Positions 35,808 through 46,031 of a DNA stretch of 64,000 nucleotides are shown here, piece after piece. The stretch lies in the IMG/VR virus record IMGVR_UViG_3300025732_000018; one strand, given 5' to 3'. This DNA is from a virus. Numbering within the stretch: position 1 is the stretch's first letter; every line of letters starts with the position of its first letter. Made by a program: the position numbers and the translations under genes. The notes under the pieces were generated by a model, which searched no databases, was not told where the DNA came from, and saw only the letters and a program-made list of their open reading frames with translations.

Positions 35808-36833
35808 TTGTCACTCTGGTTAGAGATCAAGTACGCCAACCTCATGAGCTTCTCGCTAGAGAGGTACAAGGTCAAGAAGCAGAAGCCGTTCAACGCTTCG
35901 TTTCGCTGTCCTATCTGTGGGGACAGTAAGACCAACAAGCTAAAGACCAGGGGTCACTTCCTTGAGCACAAGGGGATGCTGTTCTTTAAGTGTCACAACT
36001 GCTCGGCCTCTAGTAAGTTCGAGCGGTTCCTCAAGACTCAGAACTTCACTCTCTTCAACGAGTACAAGCTCGAGTACCTCAAGGAGATGGGGGAGGGACA
36101 GCCGGCCCCTCGGTACGTCCCAGAGATCGACAAGTTCAGCAAGGCTAGGGTCGACAAGTTTGACCCGCTCAAGACCCTCAAGAAGGTGTCACAGCTCCGT
36201 CACGACCATCCCGTTAAAAAATATGTTGAGAACCGCGGGATCCCGTCGACTGTCCACTATAAATTGTACTATGCTCCGAGGTTCTTCGCGTGGGTCAACG
36301 AGCACATTCCAGGAAAGTTCTCACCGGGTGTCAAGGAGGAGCCCAGACTCATCCTTCCCCTGATCGACGAGAACGGATACGTCTTCGCCGCTACAGCCAG
36401 GAGCTTCGACAAGAACTCCAAGAGTAAATACATCACCGTCAAGTTTAAGGAAGATGCTCAGAAGTTCTATGGTCTCAACGAGTTCAGAAAGGACGTCAAG
36501 GGCTACGTGGTGGAGGGACCGATCGACTCGCTGTTCCTCACCAACTGCCTCGCCATGTGCGGGTCTGACGCCGACATAGACTCCCTAGAGCTGACTGACA
36601 AGACGACGGTAGTGTACGACAACGAGCCCAGGAACAAGGAGATCGTCAAGAAGATCGAGACGGCCATAATGAAGGGCTACCGAGTCTGCCTGTGGCCAGA
36701 GACGCCGGGCAAGGACATAAATGAGATGGTGCAGAACGGGTGGCTTCCTAAGAACATCGAGAAGGTGATAGACGAGCACTCCTTCTCCGGACTTCAGGCC
36801 AAGTTACACTTTATGAAGTGGAGAAAGATATGA
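35808..36833 (+). CDS. 61: DNA primase (gp61), TTG start
   Basis: RCPICGDS, KCHNC, VVEGPIDS, DNEPRN, KDINEM. Confidence 0.95.
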   Translation: MSLWLEIKYANLMSFSLERYKVKKQKPFNASFRCPICGDSKTNKLKTRGHFLEHKGMLFFKCHNCSASSKFERFLKTQNFTLFNEYKLEYLKEMGEGQPAPRYVPEIDKFSKARVDKFDPLKTLKKVSQLRHDHPVKKYVENRGIPSTVHYKLYYAPRFFAWVNEHIPGKFSPGVKEEPRLILPLIDENGYVFAATARSFDKNSKSKYITVKFKEDAQKFYGLNEFRKDVKGYVVEGPIDSLFLTNCLAMCGSDADIDSLELTDKTTVVYDNEPRNKEIVKKIETAIMKGYRVCLWPETPGKDINEMVQNGWLPKNIEKVIDEHSFSGLQAKLHFMKWRKI

Positions 36834-37030
36834 GTGACGTGTATGTCTTAGACATAAAGGAAGACGAGAACGGTGAGCAGTACATCGAGCTAACTGAGGA
36901 GATCCTGGAGCAGATAGGATGGAAGGTGGGCGACGAGCTCGTCTACGTCGAGACTGAAGACGGAAAGATAATGCTGACTAAGGCAGACAAAACAGAGGAC
37001 GAAGATGATAGCGACGATTCAAGTAACTAA
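36830..37030 (+). CDS. AbrB/MazE-like small protein
   Basis: YIEL.EEIL..IGWKVGDEL......GKIML. Confidence 0.6.
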   Translation: MSDVYVLDIKEDENGEQYIELTEEILEQIGWKVGDELVYVETEDGKIMLTKADKTEDEDDSDDSSN

Positions 37031-39305
37031 GCGAGACGGCTCTAAGGAGAACCTAGACCTCAACAAGTTCCACCGAGTGGTGGCGTGGGCGTGCGAGGGC
37101 CTGAGCGGCGTCAGCGAGTCTGAGATCGAGCTAAAGTCACACATCCAGTTCTACAACGGGATCAAGACCTCAGAGATCCAAGAGACCCTCATCAAGGCCG
37201 CGGCCGACCTCATCAGCGACGACGCTCCAGCTTACCAGTACGTCGCGGGTCGACTCATCAACTATCACCTCAGGAAAGAAGTCTATGGTAGCTACGTTGT
37301 TCCTCATCTTCGCGATCATATTCGTCTGGTTACTAGCGCTGGATACTACGACCCGGATATTGAAAAATGGTATTCTTCTGACGATCTTGATACTCTTGAT
37401 AAGTTTCTTGACCACGAGCGGGACTTCACGATCGCCTACGTTGGCATGGAACAGTTTCGTGGAAAGTATCTTATAAAGAACCGAGCCTCTGGAAAGATCT
37501 TCGAGACGCCTCAGATGGCCTACATGCTCATCGCGATGGTTCTCTTTAGAAACTATCCTAAGGAGACGCGTCTTAAGTGGGTGAAGGACCTGTACGATGC
37601 GACAAGCAACTTTGAGATTTCGCTGCCGACTCCTATTATGGCAGGTCTCCGTTCGCCTCAGAAGCAGTTCAGCTCGTGCGTACTTATCGAGACGGACGAC
37701 AGCCTTGACTCAATTAACGCTACGGCTTCTTCAATCGTTAAGTACGTCTCTCAGAAGGCGGGTATTGGGATTGGTGCTGGCCGCATTCGCGCTCTTGGCT
37801 CTCCTATTCGTACGGGAGATGCTACGCACACTGGAGTGGTGCCTTTCTACAAGCTATTCCAAGCTGCAGTTAAGTCTTGCTCGCAGGGCGGTGTCCGAGG
37901 CGGCGCAGCGACTCTCTACTATCCTGTCTGGCACCTGGAGGTAGAGGACCTGCTAGTACTTAAGAACAACAAGGGCACCGAGGACAACCGTATCAGAGGA
38001 CTCGACTATGGCGTACAGTTCAATAAGACGATGTATGAGCGCCTACTATCTGGTGGCAACATCACACTATTCTCGCCTAACGATGTTCCTGATCTGTATG
38101 ACGCTTTCTTTGTCGACAGTGATCGCTTTAGGGAGCTATATGAGAAGTACGAGCGATCAACAAAGATCAGAAAGAAGTCAATCCCTGCAATCGACCTCTT
38201 CTCAGCATTCATGCAAGAGAGGAAGGATACCGGACGCATTTATCTGCAAAATGTAGACCACGCGAACGACCACGGCTCATTCATCAAGGAGCTGGCACCT
38301 ATCAAGCAGTCGAACCTCTGCGCCGAGATCGACCTGCCAACTAAGCCTCTTACCGACATTCATGATGAGAACGGAGAGATCTCTCTCTGTACCCTCGCAG
38401 CAATCAACTGGGGAAAGATACGTGACACTTCAGACTTTGAACGCCCTTGTACTCTCGCTGTTCGCGCTCTCGACGAGCTACTCGACTATCAGGACTACCC
38501 AATTGCAGCGGCAAGAAGCTCCACAATGGCACGTCGCCCTCTGGGCGTTGGCATCATTAATCTCGCTTACTGGCTCGCTCGCAATGATCTTACTTATCAG
38601 CATATTGACTCTGCGGGTCTGAGCAAGCTTCATGAGTATGCCGAGGCCTGGTCATACTACCTCATCAAGGCGTCGATCGACCTGGCCAAAGAGAAGGGGG
38701 CACCGAGTAAGAGCAATGAGACAAAGTACTCACAGGGACTGTTCCCGATCGATACGTACAAGCGCGATGTGGATGAGCTTGCCGCCCCGGTTTATGCTAA
38801 AGACTGGAAAGCACTCCGCGATAGTGCTACAGCCCACGGGATTAGAAACTCGACGCTCATGGCCCTCATGCCGTCAGAGACCTCTGCCCAAATATCCAAT
38901 GCGACTAATGGTATTGAGCCTCCCCGCAGTCTTGTCTCGGTTAAGCAAAGCAAGGACGGCGTGCTCAAGCAGGTCGTGCCAGAAGTCAGGAAGCTCAAGA
39001 ACAAGTACGACCTGCTCTGGGACCAAGAGAGTCCGGAAGGATACCTCAAGATCGTCGCTGTCCTCCAAAAGTTCATCGACCAAGGTATATCGGTTAACAC
39101 CTCGTACAACCCTCGCTTCTACGAGGACGAAAAGATACCGATGAGCGAGATGATCAAGCACCTGCTGATGTTCTACAAGTACGGTGGAAAGCAGCTGTAC
39201 TACTTCAACACGTTCGACGGCGCCGGCGAGCTCGAGGAGCAGAAGCCAGTGGCTCTTGAAGCATCAAGCGCGAGTGACACGGACTGCGAGGCATGCAAGA
39301 TCTGA
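37005..39305 (+). CDS. nrdA: Ribonucleotide reductase class Ia alpha subunit
   Basis: ATP cone VTKRDG, SSC, SNLCAE, C-terminal CEAC. Confidence 0.97.
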   Translation: MIATIQVTKRDGSKENLDLNKFHRVVAWACEGLSGVSESEIELKSHIQFYNGIKTSEIQETLIKAAADLISDDAPAYQYVAGRLINYHLRKEVYGSYVVPHLRDHIRLVTSAGYYDPDIEKWYSSDDLDTLDKFLDHERDFTIAYVGMEQFRGKYLIKNRASGKIFETPQMAYMLIAMVLFRNYPKETRLKWVKDLYDATSNFEISLPTPIMAGLRSPQKQFSSCVLIETDDSLDSINATASSIVKYVSQKAGIGIGAGRIRALGSPIRTGDATHTGVVPFYKLFQAAVKSCSQGGVRGGAATLYYPVWHLEVEDLLVLKNNKGTEDNRIRGLDYGVQFNKTMYERLLSGGNITLFSPNDVPDLYDAFFVDSDRFRELYEKYERSTKIRKKSIPAIDLFSAFMQERKDTGRIYLQNVDHANDHGSFIKELAPIKQSNLCAEIDLPTKPLTDIHDENGEISLCTLAAINWGKIRDTSDFERPCTLAVRALDELLDYQDYPIAAARSSTMARRPLGVGIINLAYWLARNDLTYQHIDSAGLSKLHEYAEAWSYYLIKASIDLAKEKGAPSKSNETKYSQGLFPIDTYKRDVDELAAPVYAKDWKALRDSATAHGIRNSTLMALMPSETSAQISNATNGIEPPRSLVSVKQSKDGVLKQVVPEVRKLKNKYDLLWDQESPEGYLKIVAVLQKFIDQGISVNTSYNPRFYEDEKIPMSEMIKHLLMFYKYGGKQLYYFNTFDGAGELEEQKPVALEASSASDTDCEACKI

Positions 39306-39622
39306 AGGTAGTATGTCAGGAGTGTGGTGGGGATGCTGTCCCCACCCAGACTCGCTTCGGGGTCCGACACGACTGTTGCGGCCTATGGAGCTGGGGCGGG
39401 AAGCCCCTGACGGACCGGGCCACCCACGAGGCCCGCAGAAGGGCGCACGAGTCCTTCGACAGGATCTGGGTAGGATCCCACCTCTCCAGGACCAAGGCCT
39501 ACAGAGGCCTCTCTGAGCATCTGGGGATGGCCCCTAGGGATTGCCACATCTCTCTATTCGATGTGGATACCTGCCAGAGGGTCATATCTTACTCGGACAG
39601 TCTGTTACAAAAGACAAGTTGA
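39293..39622 (+). CDS. Zinc-finger protein (DUF3268-like)
   Basis: CQECG, R..AH..FD.IW, CHI..FD. Confidence 0.7.
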   Translation: MQDLKVVCQECGGDAVPTQTRFGVRHDCCGLWSWGGKPLTDRATHEARRRAHESFDRIWVGSHLSRTKAYRGLSEHLGMAPRDCHISLFDVDTCQRVISYSDSLLQKTS

Positions 39623-39672
39623 CAGTATTTCACTTCAGTGTTAGTATGTAATATAGTGAAAAGAGGAAAGCT

Positions 39673-40323
39673 ATGAGCTTCATTAACGCGAACGTGCCGG
39701 CGATCGAGTGTTTCGTCAGGTCTAACTTCTTGCAGAACCGGCCTGAGAAGTTTGAGGCTACCGACACCTACCTGCCGTGCGTCATCATCGGCGTGGCGTC
39801 GGTGCCTCATCGGGCCCCACTGTTCCACTTCATCATGGAGGACGGTGGACTGTGGTGGAGGATGCCGATCCACGCCTTCTGCTCTCGAGAGGGTGTTGAG
39901 CAGGAGAGTCTGCATCAGCTAGTCCTGTGGGACAGCTTCTCTCCGTACGTCTCGGTGGATAAATACGACTTCCTGTCGGAGAAGAAGATGGTGTACTACG
40001 ACCGGTCTCGCAGGGAGAAGCAGGGCAAGTACCTGTTCACGCTTGACTGGCTTCAGGCGGACGCTAACGTTCTCGACGTTGGCTTCTCGCAGATACCAGG
40101 CCAGCACAAGTGCGGTCACGTGATCGAGCTTGACGACGGTAACTACGCCATTCAGCCTAACAACCGCGTCAAGGTGTTCGAGCCATCGTTCGTCACCAAG
40201 TGGGGTCAGACGGTCATCGATCGAAAGCTCGGCACGTCTTACTGGTCAGTAGAAAACCAGCCGAGGTGGATCCTGTCTGACGACGATCGCTACGAGTACG
40301 AGATCAAGGAGACGCAGACGTGA
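39673..40323 (+). CDS. Hypothetical protein
   Basis: Promoter at 39619; YLFTLDW, HKCGH, QPNNR. Confidence 0.75.
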   Translation: MSFINANVPAIECFVRSNFLQNRPEKFEATDTYLPCVIIGVASVPHRAPLFHFIMEDGGLWWRMPIHAFCSREGVEQESLHQLVLWDSFSPYVSVDKYDFLSEKKMVYYDRSRREKQGKYLFTLDWLQADANVLDVGFSQIPGQHKCGHVIELDDGNYAIQPNNRVKVFEPSFVTKWGQTVIDRKLGTSYWSVENQPRWILSDDDRYEYEIKETQT

Positions 40324-41490
40324 GTAAGTATGATGACTATGAAGAAGAGCTAGACAAGTACTACGACAAGTGGCTGTCAGAGAAGAGTCGCTCCAAGCGC
40401 CTAGAAGAGGGCGTCATGGACATGAAGCAGACGATCGCCAACCTCGAGTCGGACGTCTCTCTCTTGAAGTCTAGCAACGAGAGTCTTCGCGACAAGTGCG
40501 ACCGCCAGGCCATGATCCTTCGTTGTCTGACTCCGGAGCACTTTCCAGACACGTTCTTTATTACTTCTATTGGTGGTGAGAAAGATCAGAACGGAATGCC
40601 TGAGAGACTTTACGTCGTGCCGGCATACGGAGTTGACTTTAGCTACGTGTACGAGCGCACCGAGAGAACGACTGGACCGGAGTGGTAGTCATGGAACTCT
40701 ACATGCAGATGGTCAAGGCCTTGCGCGAAGAGCACGGTATATATGAGGCAAAGAGGATCGCTAAGGAGCGCGCTATTACAGCTCTGATAGAAGACCTCGA
40801 GGGTAAGCTTCTGTCTGTAGAGCAGAAGCAGGACGCTATCGTGTCAGTACTGAAGTTGATGAGGTTGTGATGTCTGATATAAGTGCATTCCCTATTAATA
40901 CAAATGGTATATGTGAACCTGAATGTGGCATGACCTTGCGAGATTACTTTGCAGCACAGGTCGCCGCTGGATTAGCCGCATATAGCGGAACAGAAGGCAT
41001 AAGTTTTGGTCCGTATAATATTGCGGGTCGTTCATATGAAGTTGCTGATGCAATGATGAGAGCCCGCAAAGAACTTGAGGATAAAAATAATGCAGATGAT
41101 GACTGAAGATCAGAAGAAGATGATGTTTGCCATTGAAGTGCTTCGCAATCGCGACAAGGCTTTCTGTGAAGCTAATCCTGGAGTAACTCCAGTTGCTGAG
41201 CATCTCTTTGAGTTGTCTATGAAAGAGATTGGTCAAGAAGAGTTGTGGGAAAAATTGAAAGATAGGGTTAAGTGATGACATATGAAGATGTAGTTATGAA
41301 GAGACTAGAACAGGATGGTATCTACGAGTGTGTCGTAGATATGTTTAAAGCGAAGCAGGCAGAAATAGCGCGACTGAATAAAGTTATCTACATAGCAGCC
41401 GGTATGATTAGTACTACTGAGAAATGGGCAGACAAACACCCTATGGAAGTCGTAGACATGCTTAATCGAGAGGTTGGTAGTGATGGATGA
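40320..41490 (+). other. Run of small hypothetical ORFs, increasingly AT-rich
   Basis: Overlapping start/stop codons; GMTLRDYFAA motif in 40870-41106. Confidence 0.6.
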
Positions 41491-41515
41491 CAGAAAAAAA
41501 CTCCCTGATTATGAT

Positions 41516-42083
41516 TTTAGAATTAGCGTGGTAGTCACTCCATTAAAAGAAGATGGAACATATACAGTTCAGGTGTCTAACAATCTTCCTGTTATATTTA
41601 AAGAAGCTGAACACCCACGAGAGAAGATGATAGATAGTTTTGAACGTCATCGTACGAGATGATAAAGAGATATGAAAAAATGATTCTCTGGGTAGGATGG
41701 AACGGAATGCTATTTGATAAAGGAGTCCGCTTTAACAGCGGATCTCCTTATGGTTACCTGCAGATCGGTCCTATCATGTTTAAGAGGTATTGGAAGCGCT
41801 TTAGAATTAGCGTAGTGGTCACTCCATTAAAAGAAGATGGAACATATACGCTTCAGGTGTCTAACAATCCTCCTGTTACGTTTAAAGAAGTCGACCACCC
41901 ACGAGAGAAGATGATAGATAGTTTTGATCGTCATCGTACGAGATAATAAAGAGATATGAAAAAATGATTCTCTGGGTGGGATGGAACGGAATCTTGTTCG
42001 ACAAAGGAGTCCGCTTTAACAGCGGATCTCCTTATGGTTACCTGCAGATCGGTCCTATCATGTTTAAGAGGTATTGGAAGCGC
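41516..42083 (+). repeat. 284-bp diverged tandem duplication
   Basis: 41516-41799 versus 41800-42083. Confidence 0.95.
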
Positions 42084-42085
42084 TA

Positions 42086-43192
42086 ATGTCGTACTCAGTG
42101 TTTGATTCTAACAACAAAAAAGACCACATGTCAGTCAAAGCATTCTTTGACGACGCGCCGACGATCGCCCGCTACGACAAGCAGAAGTACCCGTGGATCG
42201 AGAAGCTTACTGACAAGCAGCTCGGCTTCTTCTGGCGCCCGGAGGAGGTCGACGTGTATCGCGACGCTAAAGACTTTAAGGACCTGACACCACATGAGCA
42301 ACACATTTTTACGTCGAATCTTAAGCGTCAAATACTGCTTGACTCTGTACAGGGGAGGGCGCCGACGATTGCGTTTGCCCCTATATGTTCCCTTCCTGAG
42401 TTGGAGACCTGGATCCAGACTTGGACCTTTTCCGAGACAATACATTCGCGAAGCTATACTCATATCATCAGGAACATCTACCCTAACCCTTCAAAGGTAT
42501 TTGATGAAATAACCGACATCGCCGAGATCATTGACTGCGCTAAAGATATTAGCAAGTACTACGATGAATTGATTGATATGAATAATAGATTGGCATCATC
42601 GAGTCATGAACATCTAATACCTAATTCATATCACCATAAAAAGATGCTTTGGTTGGCTCTCATGTCAGTCAACATTCTAGAGGGAGTAAGATTCTATGTC
42701 TCGTTTGCTTGCTCTTGGGCCTTTGCAGAAGTCAAGAAGATGGAAGGTAATGCTAAGATCATCAAGTTCATCGCGCGGGATGAGAACCTACATCTCGCTG
42801 GGACGCAACAGCTCCTCAAAGCACTTACGAAGGAAGATGAAGACTTCGCTAAGATCGCCGAGGAAACTAGAGACGTGTGCATCAAGCTTTTTGTCGACGC
42901 CGTCAACCAAGAGAAAGAGTGGGCAAAGTACCTCTTTAAAGACGGGTCCATGCTAGGTCTCAACGAGGCCCTTCTCTCCGAATATATAGAATGGATAGCC
43001 AACAAGCGAATGACGGCTGTCGGTCTTCCTTCCCCTTACAAGGGTGGGTCGAACCCTCTACCATGGACTCAGAAATGGATCAGCGGCGCCGAGGTACAGG
43101 TAGCCCCTCAGGAGACTGAGATCACGAGCTACGTGGTAGGCGGCGTCAAGAAAGACCTAACCAACGACACATTCAAGGGGTTTAGCCTATAA
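42086..43192 (+). CDS. nrdB: Ribonucleotide reductase class Ia beta subunit
   Basis: FWRPEE, DSVQGR, ETIHSRSY, EGVRFY, RDENLH. Confidence 0.97.
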   Translation: MSYSVFDSNNKKDHMSVKAFFDDAPTIARYDKQKYPWIEKLTDKQLGFFWRPEEVDVYRDAKDFKDLTPHEQHIFTSNLKRQILLDSVQGRAPTIAFAPICSLPELETWIQTWTFSETIHSRSYTHIIRNIYPNPSKVFDEITDIAEIIDCAKDISKYYDELIDMNNRLASSSHEHLIPNSYHHKKMLWLALMSVNILEGVRFYVSFACSWAFAEVKKMEGNAKIIKFIARDENLHLAGTQQLLKALTKEDEDFAKIAEETRDVCIKLFVDAVNQEKEWAKYLFKDGSMLGLNEALLSEYIEWIANKRMTAVGLPSPYKGGSNPLPWTQKWISGAEVQVAPQETEITSYVVGGVKKDLTNDTFKGFSL

Positions 43193-43344
43193 TGGAAAGA
43201 TCGCACAGAATCACATGTGATAACTGTGAGGAAGAGTTCGAGATCTATTCATCATCAGAGAATAACCCACAGTTCTGTCCTTTTTGTGGCGAGTACATAG
43301 ACGAAGTTGAGGATGACGAGGACGACCTTTATGAAGAGGACTAA
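43192..43344 (+). CDS. 50-aa zinc-ribbon protein with acidic tail
   Basis: CDNC...FCPFCG; not in the ORF track. Confidence 0.7.
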   Translation: MERSHRITCDNCEEEFEIYSSSENNPQFCPFCGEYIDEVEDDEDDLYEED

Positions 43345-43634
43345 TGTCAGACTCAACCACTACGGAGACTCTGTCTCCTGCTGAGAAGAAGAGCGAGAGC
43401 ATAATGTCATCGATATGGCGTCCGTGCATGGGTTTTACTTACATGTTCATCTGTCTGTTTGACTTCGTTCTCGCTCCTATGATGCACACCGCGGTGTCAG
43501 TCCTCACTAAGACTGAGATGGTGGTGTGGAAGTCACTGACTATGTCAGAGGGTGGACTATTTCATATAAGCATGGGAGCTATTCTAGGTGTCTCGGCTTG
43601 GATCAGAGGCATCGAGAAGAGCGTGAACAAGTAA
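43344..43634 (+). CDS. Holin-like membrane protein
   Basis: WRP.MG..Y...C.FDF, GAILGV.AW.RG.EK. Confidence 0.65.
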   Translation: MSDSTTTETLSPAEKKSESIMSSIWRPCMGFTYMFICLFDFVLAPMMHTAVSVLTKTEMVVWKSLTMSEGGLFHISMGAILGVSAWIRGIEKSVNK

Positions 43635-43637
43635 CGA

Positions 43638-44048
43638 ATGGCGAAGCCATGGCTGCACGATGGAACAGAGTTTACCTCTGAGATGATAGGTGACAGCTAC
43701 GGCTTCGTCTACTTGATCACCAATGAGATCGACCAGAAGAAGTACGTGGGTAAGAAGCTGTTCTGGTCTTCCAAGACAAAGACCGTCAAGAAAAAGAAGA
43801 AGAGATTCAAGGTCGAGTCTGACTGGGCAGACTACTACGGCTCTAACAAGGAGCTGCAGGAGGACGTCGAGAGACTCGGCGCAGACAACTTTAAGAGAGA
43901 GATCCTGAGACTATGCAGGTCTAAAGGTGAGTGCTCGTACTACGAGGCTAAGCTTCAGTTCGAGAAAGATGTTCTAACTAGTGACGAGTACTACAACTCG
44001 TGGATAATGGTAAAGGTGCACAAGAATCATCTGTTGACAAAGAAGTGA
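43638..44048 (+). CDS. GIY-YIG-like nuclease
   Basis: GFVYLITN....KYVG, YYGS, YYN. Confidence 0.75.
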   Translation: MAKPWLHDGTEFTSEMIGDSYGFVYLITNEIDQKKYVGKKLFWSSKTKTVKKKKKRFKVESDWADYYGSNKELQEDVERLGADNFKREILRLCRSKGECSYYEAKLQFEKDVLTSDEYYNSWIMVKVHKNHLLTKK

Positions 44049-44300
44049 ACTTATGGTAGACTTAAATAGTCGCAACAAAGGAAACTCTATGACGTCGTTC
44101 TCTTCTCTGGCTCGAGCCCTCGAGCTTAAGACTGCTTTCTTAGAAATTGTTAAAAAAGATAAATCGAGCGGGTTCAAGGACCTCACTCCGTATGTCGCGA
44201 GTGCTATCATCTCGTCAAAGACCAAGAACGAGAAGATCTTAGACATTTGCAAGGACTACCTAGAGTGCCGGGCCTTTCATGTCATTCAGGAGAAACAACA

Positions 44301-44537
44301 ATGAACATCACGATCTATACCAAGCCAGGATGCCCGAGCTGCGACAGTCTCAAGACCTACCTAAAGGCTCACAACTATCAGTACGCCGAGAAGGTCTTGA
44401 ACGTCGACCTTACTAAGGAAGAGCTCGTCGAGTTGTTTCCAGGTGCTATGACGGTACCGCAGGTGATGATCAACGAGGTGCCCACAGGCGGGTACAGCAG
44501 CACAGTACAGTTTCTAACGGAGAGCAAGGTAGCTTAA
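44301..44537 (+). CDS. nrdC: Glutaredoxin
   Basis: IYTKPGCPSC, TVPQ, GGY. Confidence 0.88.
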   Translation: MNITIYTKPGCPSCDSLKTYLKAHNYQYAEKVLNVDLTKEELVELFPGAMTVPQVMINEVPTGGYSSTVQFLTESKVA

Positions 44538-44540
44538 ACT

Positions 44541-45551
44541 ATGGCGATTGAAGAGAATGAAATCTCGGTAAACTCTAACGGAGGAACCGAGCTAGTGAAG
44601 CGCGGTCTCGGTGAGAGACTTGAGAAAGCCTCACCGGGAATCTTAGACGACTTTCAAATCATATGCTCTCGCGTAAGAGAGCTGAAAGATGATAAGATCC
44701 GCGTCTACTGGCTGCACGACCTGCCGGAAGATCCGGAGACGAACCATCTCTCAAAAAAGGATAGTCGCGACCGGTTCCACCACCTCACTTTCTGCGGAGA
44801 GTGGCAATATAACCGGTACCGAGACTACCTAGGGATTGGCTACAGCGAGAAGCATAGCGTCATCGACAACGGTATTGAGCCTATCGAGCTGCTTCCTAAG
44901 CCTAAGGACGAGATTCGTCTCATCTACACGTCGACACCTCAGCGCGGACTCGCGATTCTAGTCCCGGTGTTCGAGGCTCTCTGTGAGAAGTACGACAACA
45001 TCACACTCGACGTGTTCTCGAGCTTCGGCATCTACGGGTGGAAGGAGTCGGACAAGCCGTTCGAGGACCTGTTCGAGAAGTGTCGTCAGCACCCGAAGAT
45101 CAACTATCACGGGTTCCAGCCGAACGCGGTCGTGCGAGAGCACCTGCAGAAGGCTCACATCTTCGCCTACCCGTCGATCTGGATGGAGTGTAACTCAGTG
45201 GCCACGATGGAGGCCATGTCGGCCGGCTGTCTGGTCGTGACTCCTAACTACGGCGGTCTAGTCGACACTACCGGTAAGATCACGATGATGTACCAAGGTG
45301 ACTCAGACCCGCAGGTGCACGCCCAGAAGTTCTACAACTCTCTGGATCACGCGATTGGCATCGCCCAGAACGAGCAGACGGTGAGCTACACGAAGTTCGT
45401 CAAGGCCTACGCAGACTCTCGCTACAACTGGAACAACGTCACGTTCCAGTGGATGACTCTACTGACTGACCTCAAGCACAGGTACGCAGACGTCGAGTCA
45501 CGACGCCTGCCGGTAGTCTCAGAGAATGTGATCAGCTACAAGACTGACTAG
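44541..45551 (+). CDS. GT-B (GT4-like) glycosyltransferase
   Basis: GGTE, WLHD, YTSTPQRGL, YPS..EAMSAG. Confidence 0.85.
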   Translation: MAIEENEISVNSNGGTELVKRGLGERLEKASPGILDDFQIICSRVRELKDDKIRVYWLHDLPEDPETNHLSKKDSRDRFHHLTFCGEWQYNRYRDYLGIGYSEKHSVIDNGIEPIELLPKPKDEIRLIYTSTPQRGLAILVPVFEALCEKYDNITLDVFSSFGIYGWKESDKPFEDLFEKCRQHPKINYHGFQPNAVVREHLQKAHIFAYPSIWMECNSVATMEAMSAGCLVVTPNYGGLVDTTGKITMMYQGDSDPQVHAQKFYNSLDHAIGIAQNEQTVSYTKFVKAYADSRYNWNNVTFQWMTLLTDLKHRYADVESRRLPVVSENVISYKTD

Positions 45552-45766
45552 TCGCAGGAGTCTGCGACTCGCATGGTCAGGAACCACTGGTCGTCTTCTT
45601 TCCAGATCCGAAGGACCTTAGGAAAGTAGACGTACCAGCTCTCCTCGTAGTGGCGACCATAATCCTTGGCCTCCTCCTCAGAAGAGAACCCCTTGTAGGT
45701 GTTATGCCAGTCACGGCCGACCTTCTGGCGGGTGACGTAGGTTAGGTGACTCCAGTCTGTTCTCAT
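45548..45766 (-). CDS. Early hypothetical protein on minus strand
   Basis: Minus-strand promoter 45815-45787 and SD AAGGAG. Confidence 0.7.
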   Translation of the reverse strand: MRTDWSHLTYVTRQKVGRDWHNTYKGFSSEEEAKDYGRHYEESWYVYFPKVLRIWKEDDQWFLTMRVADSCD

Positions 45767-45831
45767 TTTGTACTCCTTATGGTATTATAGTAGTCCATTT
45801 GAGAAATAATGTCAACCAAAAAGTGATAAAA

Positions 45832-45950
45832 CTAAGCCATTGAAATACCATAGCTTTTTCTAAGCCATTGAAATACCATAGCTTTTTATAAGCCCTTATA
45901 GATCCACGGTTTTTCCTAAGCCATTGATCTGTAAGGGCTATTTTTTTCAT
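45832..45950. repeat. Four tandem 28-bp IHF-like repeats between divergent early promoters
   Basis: Units at 45833, 45861, 45889, 45917. Confidence 0.85.
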
Positions 45951-46031
45951 TTTTTTTCATAAAAACATCACTTTTTGGTGTACATTATTTGTAAGATGGA
46001 CTACTATAAGAATATGGACAAGGAAACAAAC

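Noticed and set aside
37005-43192. Introns or inteins in nrdA, nrdB, thyX or polymerase
   Set aside because: All have normal length and uninterrupted motifs.
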